Below, piece by piece: positions 28,537 to 41,060 of a stretch of 64,000 nt of DNA. The translations under genes and the position numbers were made by a program. Below the pieces are notes generated by a model. The model did not search any database and was not told where the DNA came from. It saw only the letters and a program-made list of their open reading frames with translations. The stretch comes from Octopus vulgaris (Eukaryota), in contig OX597817.1 of the NCBI GenBank assembly GCA_951406725.2, positions 28,334,001-28,398,000 of the forward strand, given 5' to 3'. Within the stretch, counting starts at the first letter, position 1. Every line of letters starts with the position of its first letter.

Positions 28537-28541
28537 GTATG

Positions 28542-28574
<33 letters not shown>

Positions 28575-28813
28575 GTATGTATATATATATATGTATGTAT
28601 ATATATATGTATATATATATGTATGTATATATATATATGTATGTATATATATATGTATATATATATGTATGTATGTATATATATGTATATATATATGTAT
28701 GTATATATATATATGTATGTATATATATATGTATGTATATATATATATATGTATGTATATATATATATGTATGTATATATATATATATGTATGTATATAT
28801 ATATATATGTATG

Positions 28814-28845
<32 letters not shown>

Positions 28846-29044
28846 CACGATATATGTATGTATATATATACACGATATATGTATGTATATATATATATAC
28901 ACGATATATGTATGTATATATACACACGATATATGTATGTATATATACACACGATATATGTATGTATATATACACGATATATGTATGTATATATGTATGT
29001 GTATACACACAAGATATATGTATGTATATATATAGACGATATAG

Positions 29045-29080
<36 letters not shown>
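27530..29080. repeat. long (TA)n/(TATG)n field with acacgatatat subunits
   Basis: Direct reading; source of the 300-540 aa junk ORFs. Confidence 0.95.
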
Positions 29081-29081
29081 A

Positions 29082-29442
29082 CTAGCAGTATCGCCCGGCG
29101 TTGCTCAGGTTTGTAAGGGAAATAACTATAAAGCATTTTTAGAGAGTTATAGCAAAAAATGATGGTAATTTTTTTTTTTAGTTAAAAAAGGTGGAGTTGC
29201 GTCCCCTAGACAGTTTGCGGTTTGTGTTTCTAATTCTCGACCCCATGTCGAATTTATCGATTTTTTTCAGAACTGGGGGAACTTTTCAAAATTTTCGCTG
29301 CGTTAGTTTTGAATTATGACATTGGGCTATGTGTGTGTTAAGTTTCATCAGAATCGGTTGAAAGCCGTGGTCAGGGTGAGGGTACAAGCAAACAGACACA
29401 CAGAAACACGCACAGACAAACTGCCGTTTATATATAGAGAGA
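29082..29442 (-). mobile_element. non-autonomous Helitron
   Basis: Minus strand begins TCtctctatatataaa and ends cctgagcaacgccggg (hairpin)-cgatactg-CTAG; inserted between A and T with no TSD. Confidence 0.85.
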
Positions 29443-29460
29443 TATATATAGACGATATAG

Positions 29461-29494
<34 letters not shown>

Positions 29495-29501
29495 GATATA
29501 G

Positions 29502-29537
<36 letters not shown>

Positions 29538-29842
29538 GATATAGTTATATATATATATATATATATATATATGCGTGTGTATATATATATGCATATACAC
29601 GATATATATATATACATACTTTCACATACACACACAAACACCCACGCGCAAACACACACACGCGATAAAGATACTTTTACTTCCCGAGTGTTAAACTAAT
29701 ACACCTGTTTGCTGTCTACACCACCTGTCTTCGTCTTTTTTTTAGTGATAATATATATATATATATATATATATGTACATGTATTGTAATATGTTGTGAC
29801 AACCAGTACTTAACACAACAAAGTTTTTACAAAGCTTTACAT

Positions 29843-29890
29843 TTTACTTTTGACAATCTTTTTCCCCAAAAGTGAAACCGGTGAAGTGAA
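29843..29890 (+). ncRNA. type I hammerhead-like motif with U3-A8 core variant (N17=G, probably inactive copy)
   Basis: tttactt-TTGACAA(29850-56)-t-ctttt-tcccc-aaaag-t-GAAA(29874-77)-ccgg-TG-aagtgaa: 7-bp stem I, 5-bp stem II, palindromic stem III accggt. Confidence 0.5.
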
Positions 29891-29924
29891 TAAACATCTT
29901 TTGTTTGCATTTTCAAACCTTCTG

Positions 29925-29987
<63 letters not shown>

Positions 29988-30089
29988 CGCACACGATAAA
30001 AACTTTTTCACTTCCCGTGCATTAAACTAATACCTTTGTTTGTTGTCTACACCACCTGTCTGCGTCTTTTCTCCTTTTTTATGAATTCT

Positions 30090-30139
<50 letters not shown>

Positions 30140-30774
30140 GACGTGCCTCTTTCTGTTTCAGTCTATCAAATCCACTCAGAAGGCTTTATCTCTGTTTCAA
30201 GATAGGTTTCTTGTCCCTATGTAAGGAATTGCCAATGAGTATGGTGTCAATATATTAGTTTGTGGTATATGATGCATTGAAACTTTTTTTTGTTATTTCT
30301 TTTTACTTTTAATTTAGGAGTGAGTATGTTCAAATTATCAAGGAGCGTTTATAATTCTATGCTATGTGACAGTTTTGAGAATTAGTCACTCAGATTTCTA
30401 GCACGCATATAATTATCTCTTGGTGTAATAACTTTAAATACGCTCGTGAAATTTTCCTTTCGCTCTCTATCTCTCCGGCCCCTCCTTTTCATATCATTAA
30501 TACACACTCTATCTCTATCTCTCTCAGACACGGAAGTGCTCGATGTGTACAACTACGCGTGCGCTGAGAATTCACTGAGAATACGTATACTGAGTGACAT
30601 CATGCATCGACACCAAGTCACACATTTTTCAGAAAAGATATATATGCTATTGAATCGAATCGATCCAGTATATATAATCGTACTTACTTTATCCTCAACG
30701 GGGAATAAATGTCAGTTGATTCCCGCAGGATTTGATCTCGGATCGTAAAGATGTACATAAATGATAAGGCATAC

Positions 30775-30775
<1 letters not shown>

Positions 30776-30805
<30 letters not shown>

Positions 30806-30945
30806 TGTATGTATGTATGTATGTATGTATGTATGTATGTGTGTGTGTGTTTATGTATGTATGTATGTATGTATGTATGTATGTATGTGTGTGTATGTAT
30901 GTATGTGTGTGTGTGTGTGTATGTATGTGTGTGTGTGTATATGTA

Positions 30946-30980
<35 letters not shown>

Positions 30981-31016
30981 ATGTATGTATGTATGTATGT
31001 ATGTATGTATGTATGT
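30776..31016. repeat. (TATG)n/(TG)n microsatellite
   Basis: Direct reading. Confidence 0.95.
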
Positions 31017-31459
31017 GCAAAGCTGTTTGACACATAATTATTCACGAATAAATAATACATTCAAATAGAAGCATACATAACGAATGTGTTTTATTTGTAT
31101 TTGAAATATTAAAGGGATGAAAAATATAAATGAATTGTTCCTTGTATGGACGCTTAGTATTTCGATCAACTGAACCAGTTATTTAGTGAATTGTGTAAGG
31201 AAACTAACTATCATTGCCCAGTCACGCGTACTCTTAACGCAATTTTTGAAGCAGAATCGGCGTGATACAGTGTATGGCATAGCTGGCCCTTTGGATTAAA
31301 CATACTGTCCAGCTGATGAGCTTCAACATTTTCTGTGTAAGACAAGACTTAGTTTGCCTCAAGAATAATGTAGAAGACACTCTATCTATGCGTCACGTAG
31401 TAGGGTCGAACTTGGGACATCATGGTGCTCAAGAAAACTTCTTACACGTATTGTCCAAT

Positions 31460-31764
31460 GGAGGCGCAATGGCCTAGTGGTTAGGGCAGCGGACTCGCGG
31501 TCGCAGGATCGCGGTTTCGATTCCCAGACCGGGCGTTGTGTGTGTTTATTGAGCGAAAACACTTAAAAGCTCCACGAGGCTCCGGCAGGGGGTGGTGATC
31601 CCTGCTGTACTCTTTCACCACTCTTTCTCCCTCTCTTTTTTCTGTTGGCCTGCTCGCTTAGCCAGCGGGGTGGCGTCATTCGAAGGCTAAAACAATGCGA
31701 ACGCATTGTGACCAGCGATGTGTAACATCATCTGATGGTCTGGTCGGTCACGTGGTCACGTGAT
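31460..31764 (+). mobile_element. young family-C tRNA-derived SINE with 15-bp TSD
   Basis: ggaggcgcaatggcctagtggttagggcagcgg...ggtttcgattccc head; tail (ggtcacgt)n; TSD cacg(t/c)attgtccaat at 31445-31459 and 31765-31779. Confidence 0.9.
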
Positions 31765-32107
31765 CACGCATTGTCCAATTATATATTGTCTTACAACAGG
31801 ATCCAACCAAGTCTTGAATCTGACAACAAGCTACATATTACTATCAATGTAAAACTCGGTTAAAAGACGTTCAGCTCAAAACATACTACATTTTACATTG
31901 AAAACCAAGGCGGTACACCAGCTCTTGTGGTTATTCAATTGGCTAGGAATTGCAACCAAATATCCCTTAAATAACTCCATACTGTTTTGATAATTGACGT
32001 TTTTTAATAGTGTAATACAAGGTAGTCGATAAATGAAAAATCGACGAGGTGGTTGTGACTGAAATATTTTTGAATATCGGTCTGTTCAACTAAGCTTGAT
32101 TTGGAGC

Positions 32108-32276
32108 CAATGCTGTCTTATGGCATGGCTACGCTCGACAGTTGCCCGGAGGCCTTACGGGCCTAAGAACCCAATTCTGATTAATGCATGCTCCAGCTTG
32201 TTGTCAACAAATAGGTACACTAGAGCCCAATGCATTGATTTGGCCGAGGGCGTATTATTCACCTAAGATGTTCCTG
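32108..32276. mobile_element. degenerate MITE
   Basis: Ends caatgctgtctta / taagatgttcctg are imperfect inverted repeats; internal tgcccggaggcc / ggccgagggc. Confidence 0.35.
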
Positions 32277-32961
32277 CTTGGCACTAAATAACAACAACAT
32301 CAACAGATGGATATTCTAATCGACTGCAAAGAAGTCCACAAGGACGATACAGATATAAATAAGTAGAGTTCTGTATTTTCTGAGTAGAGATATCTCCACA
32401 GAGACAAACAGACAGATGAACGGACGGGCACATTCATCTACGTACGTGTCCGTTTGTGCGAGAGTCTTAGATAGACACAGCCAAATTGGCAGATAGAGTG
32501 ATTATTGTATGAGCTTAAAGCGGTCTGCTTAACAAACATTCACTAAACTACTACAACCAATAGCATGCCCAGTTGTTCCATCATACTCACCTATGTTACC
32601 ACTACGACTACGCTTTTAGTTCTGAATACAACAATGCTTCACCATCTCTATCCCAGGTCAATTGATGCATTCGCCTTTCCTCGTCGTAACATTACTTTAT
32701 ATCACCCAAGATCTAGTTCTAAATACATAGCGCTCTCGTGTCTCCTGAGACTGCATCTGCCAGGAATTCTCACTCTACATCACGTATTTCTTCGATGCAT
32801 CATTTCGCTGAATGTAAAACAAAAAGTAATGTCAACTCTATCAGTTTTATCAATAAAAACGTTGACTTGGCTGTGTGCTTAAAATGTTGGCATGACAACC
32901 AAGAGTCGCGACTAATATCTTATGAGTGAATTTGGTTGATTCAAACCGCGAGAAAGCTCCT

Positions 32962-32992
<31 letters not shown>

Positions 32993-33687
32993 TTGTGTCC
33001 TCGCCACAAACAAACAATTCGGCAGAGAGAACCAATTGAATAAGTACTAGAGTCGAATTGATCAAGTAAACTACACGAGGCGGTGCTTCAGCATGGCCGC
33101 AGTCCAATGAGTGAAGCATGTCACAGAATAGGTAACGCAACGAGTATTTGAAAAGCTAAAAAGCTAACTAGTAACCAGTTAAGGAGTATCTACAAGTAAC
33201 AAATACCAAGAGAACCTCGGGGAAAAATTTAGCTAGGCGGAATGGGTATGATTTCGGGCTCCAACTCGGATGCAGGGACTGAGCCCTTCTTCAACCGTCA
33301 GAAATTCACAGTGACCCTTCTTAGATCACCAGATCATTCCTTGATTTCTTGGGCTCCAGACCAAAGAACTAGCCAAACTCCCTTTTCACAGGCTCTGGAT
33401 ACTAATCTTACTTAGGTTTATTCCTCATACGCAAGTGTATGGGCACGTCATATAATTGTCACTGTGTTAGTTTATCGCCACCCCAAATCTTAACGAACAG
33501 GCCTATAACAAAAGAGATTCTAGTCGTGACCATCTTGTCTTTTTAGGGACAACTAGGATTACATTATTTGATATATCATTTCATTATTTATGAGTGTGGT
33601 GTGATGTCATGAAGGTTTAGCTGTTATCTTTAGCAGGATGAATGTCCACGTAGAGACACTCTTGTTGGCTCGCTTTCATTATAGTTA

Positions 33688-34081
33688 TTCTTTTCTACTT
33701 CAGGCACAAGACCAGAAATTTGGGGAGGGGGGGCCAGTCGATTAGATCGACCCCAGTACGCAACTGGTACTTAATTTATCGACCCCGAAAGGATGAAAGG
33801 CAAAGTCGACCTCGGTGGAATTTGAACTCAGAATGTAAAGATACGAAATACCTATTTCTTTACTACCAACAAGGAGTTAAACACAGAAGGGACAAACAAG
33901 GAGACAAACGGAGGAAGTCGATTATATCGACCCCAGTGCGTAACTGGTACTTATTTAATCGACCCCGAAAGGATGAAAAGCAAAGTCGACCCTGGCGGAA
34001 TTTGAACTCAGAACGTAGCGGCAGACGAAATACCGCTAAGCATTTCGCCGGCGTGCTAACGTTTCTGTCAGCTCGCCGCCT
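33688..34081 (-). mobile_element. dimeric family-A SINE
   Basis: A full monomer (34081-33852) is joined through aaagaaataggtatttcgt to a second, head-truncated monomer with the alternative short tail. Confidence 0.85.
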
Positions 34082-34751
34082 TATTTTTATTATAGTCATT
34101 GCATGTTCAATGTATATGCTGCTCGCGTGCGGATGGATATGAGGACAAAGAATAATCAATTGACACTTAAGAATAGCATTTCTTATTTTAATCCCTAACA
34201 TATCAGTTCCGGACAGGTGGAGCACTGTGAAAGAGACTTTTGCAGGGCTGTTTTGCTCCTTAAGATTAGTAACTGCAAAGAAAAATTCAAGCATCACAAG
34301 TGATTATAGGTCGCTTGCGGTATTCAAAAAAGGATGTGTTCAAGTAAAAACCCTCAACTTCCTACTTGACATATTGCGAGTAACAATGTATAGACTAGAA
34401 AAAAATAGATGTTCACTAAAGGAATCTGGGTCAAACTACAAAATGAAAATAAATATATATAAATGATTCAAAACTTGTTTAGAACGAACGGTTTTAATGA
34501 CAAGAGGGAAATACACTTGACAATTCATTGAACATCTGTATTTTATGAGGTATTAATCATTAACGTAGGAGAAACTGAAGGCTGTATCAAGCGATGAAAC
34601 AGTCTACATATTTTCTCCGACAGAGACAAAATACCTTCATTACGTTCCTAACAGAAAAAGCATATTGTTTTGGTACGTATATCGACTGCTAATTAAACTG
34701 AGGCACATACGTATAGTAATAGTGTTTTCTATGATATAAATATATATATAT

Positions 34752-35165
34752 ACTCTTTTACTTGTTTCAGTCATTTGACTGCGGCTATGCTGGAGCACCG
34801 CCTTTAGTCGAGCAAATTGACCCCGGGACTTATTCTTTTTGTAAGCCCAGTACTTATTCTATCGGTCTCTTTTCCCGAACCGATAACTGACGGGGACGTA
34901 AACACACCAGCATCGGTTGTCAAGCAATGCTAGGGGGACAAACACAGACACACAAACACATACACACACACACATATATATATATACATATACATATATA
35001 CGACGGGCTTCTTTCAGTTTCCGTCTACCAAATCCACTGACAAGGCATTGGTCGGCCCGGGGCTATAGCAGAAGACACTTGCCCAAGATGCCACGCAGTG
35101 GGATTGAACCCGGAACCATGTGGTTGGTTAGCAAGCTACTTACCACACAGCCACTCCTTCGCCTA
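34752..35165 (-). mobile_element. full-length family-B SINE
   Basis: Reverse complement of the 15518-15930 type. Confidence 0.92.
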
Positions 35166-35177
35166 TATATACACACA

Positions 35178-35530
35178 CAACATCAGGAGTTCTTTTTTTA
35201 GCAGAAGGATCAGAGTGAGTTTTCCTAGTTGCCGTACTTTCGTAATCACCATTAGACTCATCCAACTCTTACCGAATCCTCTGCACTGTCCTCAGATTGA
35301 CACCCAAACACTCTGAAATTCGTATTGGAGCTTTCGGCGTGAATGCCAAGCAGTATAACATGTCGTTTTTAAATGCCTGGAAGATTGAATCACGTCATGG
35401 TGCTGCTTTTTCTCACAGACGATGCCCTACTGACCATACTATATGGTGTAGGCGACAAAACCAAAAGCAACCAATGCGCATGCGCGAAATTAAAAATATA
35501 AAATGGCGCCAACTTACCCATCACATCCTG

Positions 35531-35532
<2 letters not shown>
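35178..35532 (-). mobile_element. Tc1/mariner-superfamily left end with start of a decayed transposase (HTH region)
   Basis: TIR-like caggatgtgatgggtaagttggcgccatttt next to (TA)n; translation KRHVILLGIHAESSNT/ISECLGVNLRTVQRIR*ELDESNGDYESTATRK is HTH-like, with a frameshift and a stop. Confidence 0.65.
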
Positions 35533-35583
<51 letters not shown>

Positions 35584-35662
35584 TATAATTATATACATGA
35601 TTATAAATTATAATTATATACATGATTATAAACAAGGGGTCAGCTTAATGCATCATAATATT

Positions 35663-35699
<37 letters not shown>

Positions 35700-35732
35700 T
35701 TCACTTAGGCATAGCGGAATATACACTTCGTA

Positions 35733-35840
35733 TGAACTTCATATTTAAGGCTCTGATGAAGCTATAGGATGTTACCCAGGGACTCAACTAAGAGTCCACT
35801 AAATCTTATAGCAGAAACAGTTGTAAGCTAGTGAAGTTCA
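35733..35840 (+). ncRNA. type I hammerhead ribozyme with extended stems (canonical core)
   Basis: tgaacttca..ggct-CTGATGA(35753-59)-a-gctatagga...[ggactc-aactaa-gagtcc]...tcttatagc-a-GAAA(35814-17)-cagttg-TA-agct..tgaagttca; predicted cleavage after GUA at 35825. Confidence 0.75.
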
Positions 35841-37324
35841 TTACATAACCTTATTTTTTTTCCGGTGTCATCTCTTTGTGAGGTGGAACCTATAATTTCC
35901 TGTAATTCAGACTTCGTGGTTCCAGCAAATAAAATGGAAAAGCTGTTGCCCCGGAGGATAGCGAGGGAGATGCGCTGGAATACCCACTCTGGCTCACGGG
36001 GCTCATATCTGCGGACAGATACTTGTTTGGCAACTTAATAGGAACTTGTTCATACGATTCTGAAACCTTATATTCTTTGACTACAGGCTAAAGTTTTATC
36101 TAATGTGAACTACTCAGTGCATGTGTGTGTGTGTGTGTGTGTTAAAAGCAAGAATTTTTTGTGTTGGGGATTTATGTTATTCATCTCAACATAGTTACTG
36201 TGATCACACTGAACTACATCCTCTAAGTACATATACACATTTTTTTCACTCATCTCAACTACTTCATGTCCTGTATATGTCCTCGCTCATTACTATTACG
36301 TCATTGGCTTTCTCAGCTCATTTATTTGATGTCTTTTTCAACTTCCACCACACTTATATTTCATATCTTTGGCATTCCATATTTCATTTCACACCATCCT
36401 TAACTGCCACGTTTTCCCTTTGAAGCGTCTTCCTTGTACGAAGAGTCTGACTTGAGAAAAAAAAATCGTCATATTACGAAGTTTCTTCAGTAGAAAACGT
36501 TATTTCTGAAGCAAAAATGTAATTGCTTGACTAACTTAATTGAAGATATCGATACATGTTCGGTTACAAGATTATTCTAGCATTTATAGGTTATATGTGT
36601 ACATAATTTTTTTTAATTCATATTTTGCGGTTTATTAAAAACTAAGAAGAAATTGCGTATGAGATGGCTGCTTCAAAGAAATCTAAAAATTTTTTCCTCT
36701 GAAATGAAGTTTTCTTTTGTGGTTTTTATAGATTTCAAGGCAGATGACAGAATTGAAAAAGGAGGAGTTGATTTATAAGCAATTGCTGAACTGCAAAAAT
36801 CTGCTGTAATAAGCACACACACACACACATGTATATCGTTATTGCAGCATATTTTTGCCAGTTAAGTTATATATAAAAACGATATAGCATTAGAATGAAG
36901 GATTATAAAATTCGTTTTAGTAGTGTACTTACATTTTTAAGAGGAAAAGTTTGACAGTGACTTGGAAATTTCAGGGCTACAGCTTCGAGACATTTTTAGT
37001 CATCGGACTAAATCGGACGGGTACTTATTCTATCAAACATCCTTTTGTCGAACCGCTAGGTTACGGAGACGTAAAAAAACCTATATTGACTATCAAATGG
37101 TAAGAAACACACACACACATATATATATATACACACACACACATAGATATGCGATGGGCTTCAGTACAGTTTGTTTCTTTCAAATTCTTTCTCAAGACCT
37201 TGATCAATCCTAAGCTATAGAAATCGTATTGCGAAGCCATACAAAGCTATGCCTTTATACACACACACAAACACACAGACACACAGACACACACACACAC
37301 ACTGTGTGTATATATATATATATT

Positions 37325-37720
37325 CACTCTGATGCATCTCCATGTTCTAGTTCAAATTTCCTATGACGATGAATACTATTTTCGCAGTTCTTTCGTAGGC
37401 ACTGACTGATATCGGAGTTGGAAACGGCCGTAAGAATTGTTATCTCACATAAATGTTATGTTATGTCATGTTTTGTATTAAATGATAAGCTACAGATGTG
37501 GTCCAATTGATTTGTTGATCTAAGGTTTTCTCCATTTTTTAATTATCTAAATTTGATTCCTGATAAAGTTTTGTTTATTCCGTTGTTACCTGTGCTTTGC
37601 GAGCATAGTGCGCCTGCATACCCACGCCCAGGGATAGCACAGGTAATTGATACCGATAGTAAATACGGATATTTTATCCCTTAATCGGAGACTATAACTG
37701 CTAACTCTGCATTACCTATA
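37325..37720 (+). mobile_element. (TA)n-embedded Penelope-like pLTR fragment with degenerate hammerhead
   Basis: ct-CTGATG(37329-34)-catctcc...ggagttg-GAAA(37421-24)-cggccg-TA-ag; A9 is missing; downstream 11-bp hairpin ttacctgtgct/agcacaggtaa (37586-37646). Confidence 0.5.
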
Positions 37721-37730
37721 TATATATATA

Positions 37731-37768
<38 letters not shown>

Positions 37769-38045
37769 ACTATTATTATTATTACTATTATTATAATCAG
37801 GAAATCAATTTTAGAAAACTCTTCAGAAAGATATATACGTGTGTAAAATAAGTTGTATTAAAATCATAAATATAAGTAGTAAATATATTTATATATTTAC
37901 ATATGTATTATTTTATATAAGATATATGTAATCGTTAGTATTAAATATATAAATACTTTAATAGTATTAATACTTTGATACAATAGAGCACTCAATATAA
38001 ATTCAATATATAATATTCTCATTGAATATATTTAACTAAAGATTT

Positions 38046-38279
38046 ATGTATGTATATATATATATATATTTATATATATATTTATATATATATATATTTA
38101 TATATACATTTATATATATATATTTATATATATATATTTATATATATATATTTATATATATATTTATATATATATATTTATATATATATATTTATATATA
38201 TATATTTATATATGTATATATATATATATATTTATATGTATATATATATATATATTATATATATATATTTATATATGTG

Positions 38280-38313
<34 letters not shown>

Positions 38314-38315
38314 TA

Positions 38316-38361
<46 letters not shown>

Positions 38362-38363
38362 TA

Positions 38364-38414
<51 letters not shown>
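38046..38414. repeat. (TA)n/(TTTATATATA)n field
   Basis: Direct reading. Confidence 0.95.
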
Positions 38415-38418
<4 letters not shown>

Positions 38419-38998
38419 CATTCAAAAATTTTACAGAGGAATGACAAGGAAGAAAACGGTAAATTTACACACAAGACATGGATAAACTTTTTCCTCGTCT
38501 GTGGTCGTCCAAAAATCATTACAATTTCACACCTTTAACGATAATATTGTTCATTTTGGTAACGCCAACAGCAAAATGCTGTTGGGAATAATGAACGAAG
38601 GTAGAAGACGGTGAAGAAAATAAGCACGAATATAAATATACAATGTATTTTCTTCTTTTACTTGTTTCAGTCATTAGCCTGCAGCCATGCTAGAGCACAG
38701 CAGTGTAGAATTTTAGTCGAATGAATTGATCTCAGTACCTTGATTTTTATATTTTAAGTTTGGTACTTATTCTGTTTCCTTTGTCGAACTGCTGAGTTAC
38801 GGGGACATAAACACAGCAATGCCCCTTGTCAATCGGTGGTGAACTACATGCATACATACGCACACATGTACGATAACTTTTTTTTCTGTTTCCGTGTATC
38901 AAATCCACTCACAAGGCTTTGGTCGACGTAAGGTGCCATGCAGTGGGATTGAACCTGGAACTTTGTGGTTGGGAAACTAATTTATTTCTACACAGAAA

Positions 38999-39000
<2 letters not shown>

Positions 39001-39072
<72 letters not shown>

Positions 39073-39109
39073 ACTCACTCACTCACTCACTCACTCACTC
39101 ACTCACTCA

Positions 39110-39171
<62 letters not shown>
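39001..39171. repeat. graded microsatellite (TC)n > (TCAC)n > (AC)n
   Basis: Direct reading. Confidence 0.95.
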
Positions 39172-39173
<2 letters not shown>

Positions 39174-39250
39174 AGGGGGTGCTGAAATGATCTAGGCTTT
39201 AAGGGTGTCGCGAAAGACCCGTTTGGAGGCCTAACCTTCCGATTTCTTTT
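39172..39250 (+). mobile_element. mariner-type terminal fragment
   Basis: tgagggggtgctgaaatgatctaggcttt resembles TA-cgagggg..tgaaaagt mariner TIRs. Confidence 0.45.
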
Positions 39251-39261
39251 ATATGTATAGA

Positions 39262-39628
39262 GAGGCGCAATGGCCCAGTGGTTAGGGCAGCGAACTCGCA
39301 GTTTCGATTCCCAGACCGGGTGTTGTGGGTGTTTATTGAGCGAAAACGCCTAAACCTTCACATGGTTCCGGCAGGGGATGGTGGCGAACCCTGCTGTACT
39401 CGTTCACCACAATTTTCTCTCACTCTTTCTTCTCGTTTATGTTGTACCTGTATTTCAAAGAGCTAGCTTTGTCACACTCTGTGTCACGCTGAATCTCCCC
39501 GAGAACTACGTTAAGGGTACACGTGTTTGTGGAGTGCTCAGCCACTTACTTGCACGTTAATTTCACGAGCAGACTGTTCCGTTGATCGGATCAACTGGAA
39601 CCCTCGTTGTCGTAACCGACGGAGTGCC
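39262..39628 (+). mobile_element. chimeric SINE: family-C head with family-D tail
   Basis: Head matches 31460-31600; the 3' part tgtatttcaaag...gagaactacgttaagggtacacg...gtaaccgacggagt matches the tail of 18630-18810. Confidence 0.85.
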
Positions 39629-39661
39629 ACGATATATGTATATATATTTATATATACAGAG

Positions 39662-39892
39662 AAGGCGGCGAGCTAGCAGAAACGTTAGCGCGCAGGGCGA
39701 AATGCTTAGCGGTATTTCATCTGTCGTTACGTTCTGAGTTCGAATTCCGCCGAGGTCGACTTTGCTTTCATCCTTTCGGGGTCGATAAATAAAGTACCAG
39801 TTTCGCATTGGGGTCGATGTAATCGACTTAATCCCTTTGTCTGTTCTTGTTTGTCCCCTCTATGTTTAGCCCCTTGTGGGTAGTAAAGAAAT
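39662..39892 (+). mobile_element. full-length family-A SINE with about 22-bp TSD
   Basis: TSD atatatatttatatatacagag at 39640-39661 and 39893-39914. Confidence 0.92.
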
Positions 39893-40810
39893 ATATATAT
39901 TTATATATACAGAGGGAAAGAGAGAGAGAGAGAGAGAGAGATTCGTCACTCGCAAGCGACAATCTTTAAAATGGATAAGTAGTGACGTCACACATAAACC
40001 TATTCGCGGCACTCCCAATTTTGTTCCAACAGAACATCAAGCATGTGACAACTCGAGAGGGGAAGAAAGAGCTGCACCAGCATTTGGTTGGTTATCATTT
40101 TCAGCGGAGTAGGCTGGAGCAACGTGACCTTGCATTACCCAAACCGATAATTGAACCTACAGTTTGCGACCATGAACCCAACAACCCATCCACTAAGCAG
40201 GTCCAATATAAAGGATAAATAAGCATAAATTAACGCATGTTTTAATTATATGCAGTTTATTACGACATCGGAAATGAGTTTATTTTTATCTTTCTTGTTA
40301 ATTGATTCATTTTATTTGTCGCATTTCAAAAATATTTTCTTGCCTAAATCCACTCCTATTATGATAATGTTATAAGTGCGTCTATGAGTCATGTGACTTC
40401 CACATTAACTTTTTCTGAATTTGGCATCAAACCTTTTTGGTCATCCAGCGAATTACTAATACCGGATGTTTATATTTCGGGTAGAAGAACAGCCTCTGAT
40501 ACAGACTTCTATTTTGGTTTACGTTTGATAAGGAGAGAAAGAGAGTCGGGTAGAGCGGGGAGTTTGTGTAAATATATCAAAAATAAAGGCGTGCCTTCCT
40601 GTTGCTGTAATTAAGCAATGTTTTGTCGGTCATTAGTCGAAATAGCTTAGTTGTGAAAGAATGCTACCCACCCCATTTAGCTTATGGGTTAGGAGTTCAA
40701 ATTGTAGAGCAGGTGTTTCATTTTATCAGTGAGCAACACACCTACACTGCAATCCCAATCCGTTTAGCAAGCTTAGTAAATAAAATAGGGTTCGCTAATT
40801 TAAATAGAAG

Positions 40811-41060
40811 TGGAGGCGCGTGGCTTAGTGGTTAGGGTGTCAGCACCATGATCGTAAGATTGTGGTTTCGATTCCTGGACCAGTTGACGCGTTGTGTTCT
40901 TGAGCAAAACACTTCATTTCACTTTGCTCCAGTCCACTCAGCTGGCAAAAATGAGTAACGCTGCGATGGACTGGCGTCGTCTAGCTGGGGAACACACGCC
41001 ATAGAAACCGGGAAACCGGGCCCATGAGCCTGGCTTGGTTTTAAAAAGGGCGCATTTATT
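40811..41060 (+). mobile_element. family-D head with alternative tail (cgatggactggcgtc...gaaaccgggcccatgagcctggc)
   Basis: tRNA-like head ggcgcgtggcttagtggttaggg...gtttcgattcc; the tail is shared with 25398-25500 and 20430-20520. Confidence 0.85.

Noticed and set aside
31460-31535. tRNA gene
   Set aside because: It has A/B boxes but no complete cloverleaf, and it continues into a SINE body with a TSD. The same applies to the other SINE heads.
34573-34610. Hammerhead-like CTGAAGG...GAAAcagTC
   Set aside because: A9 is absent and stems I and II do not pair.
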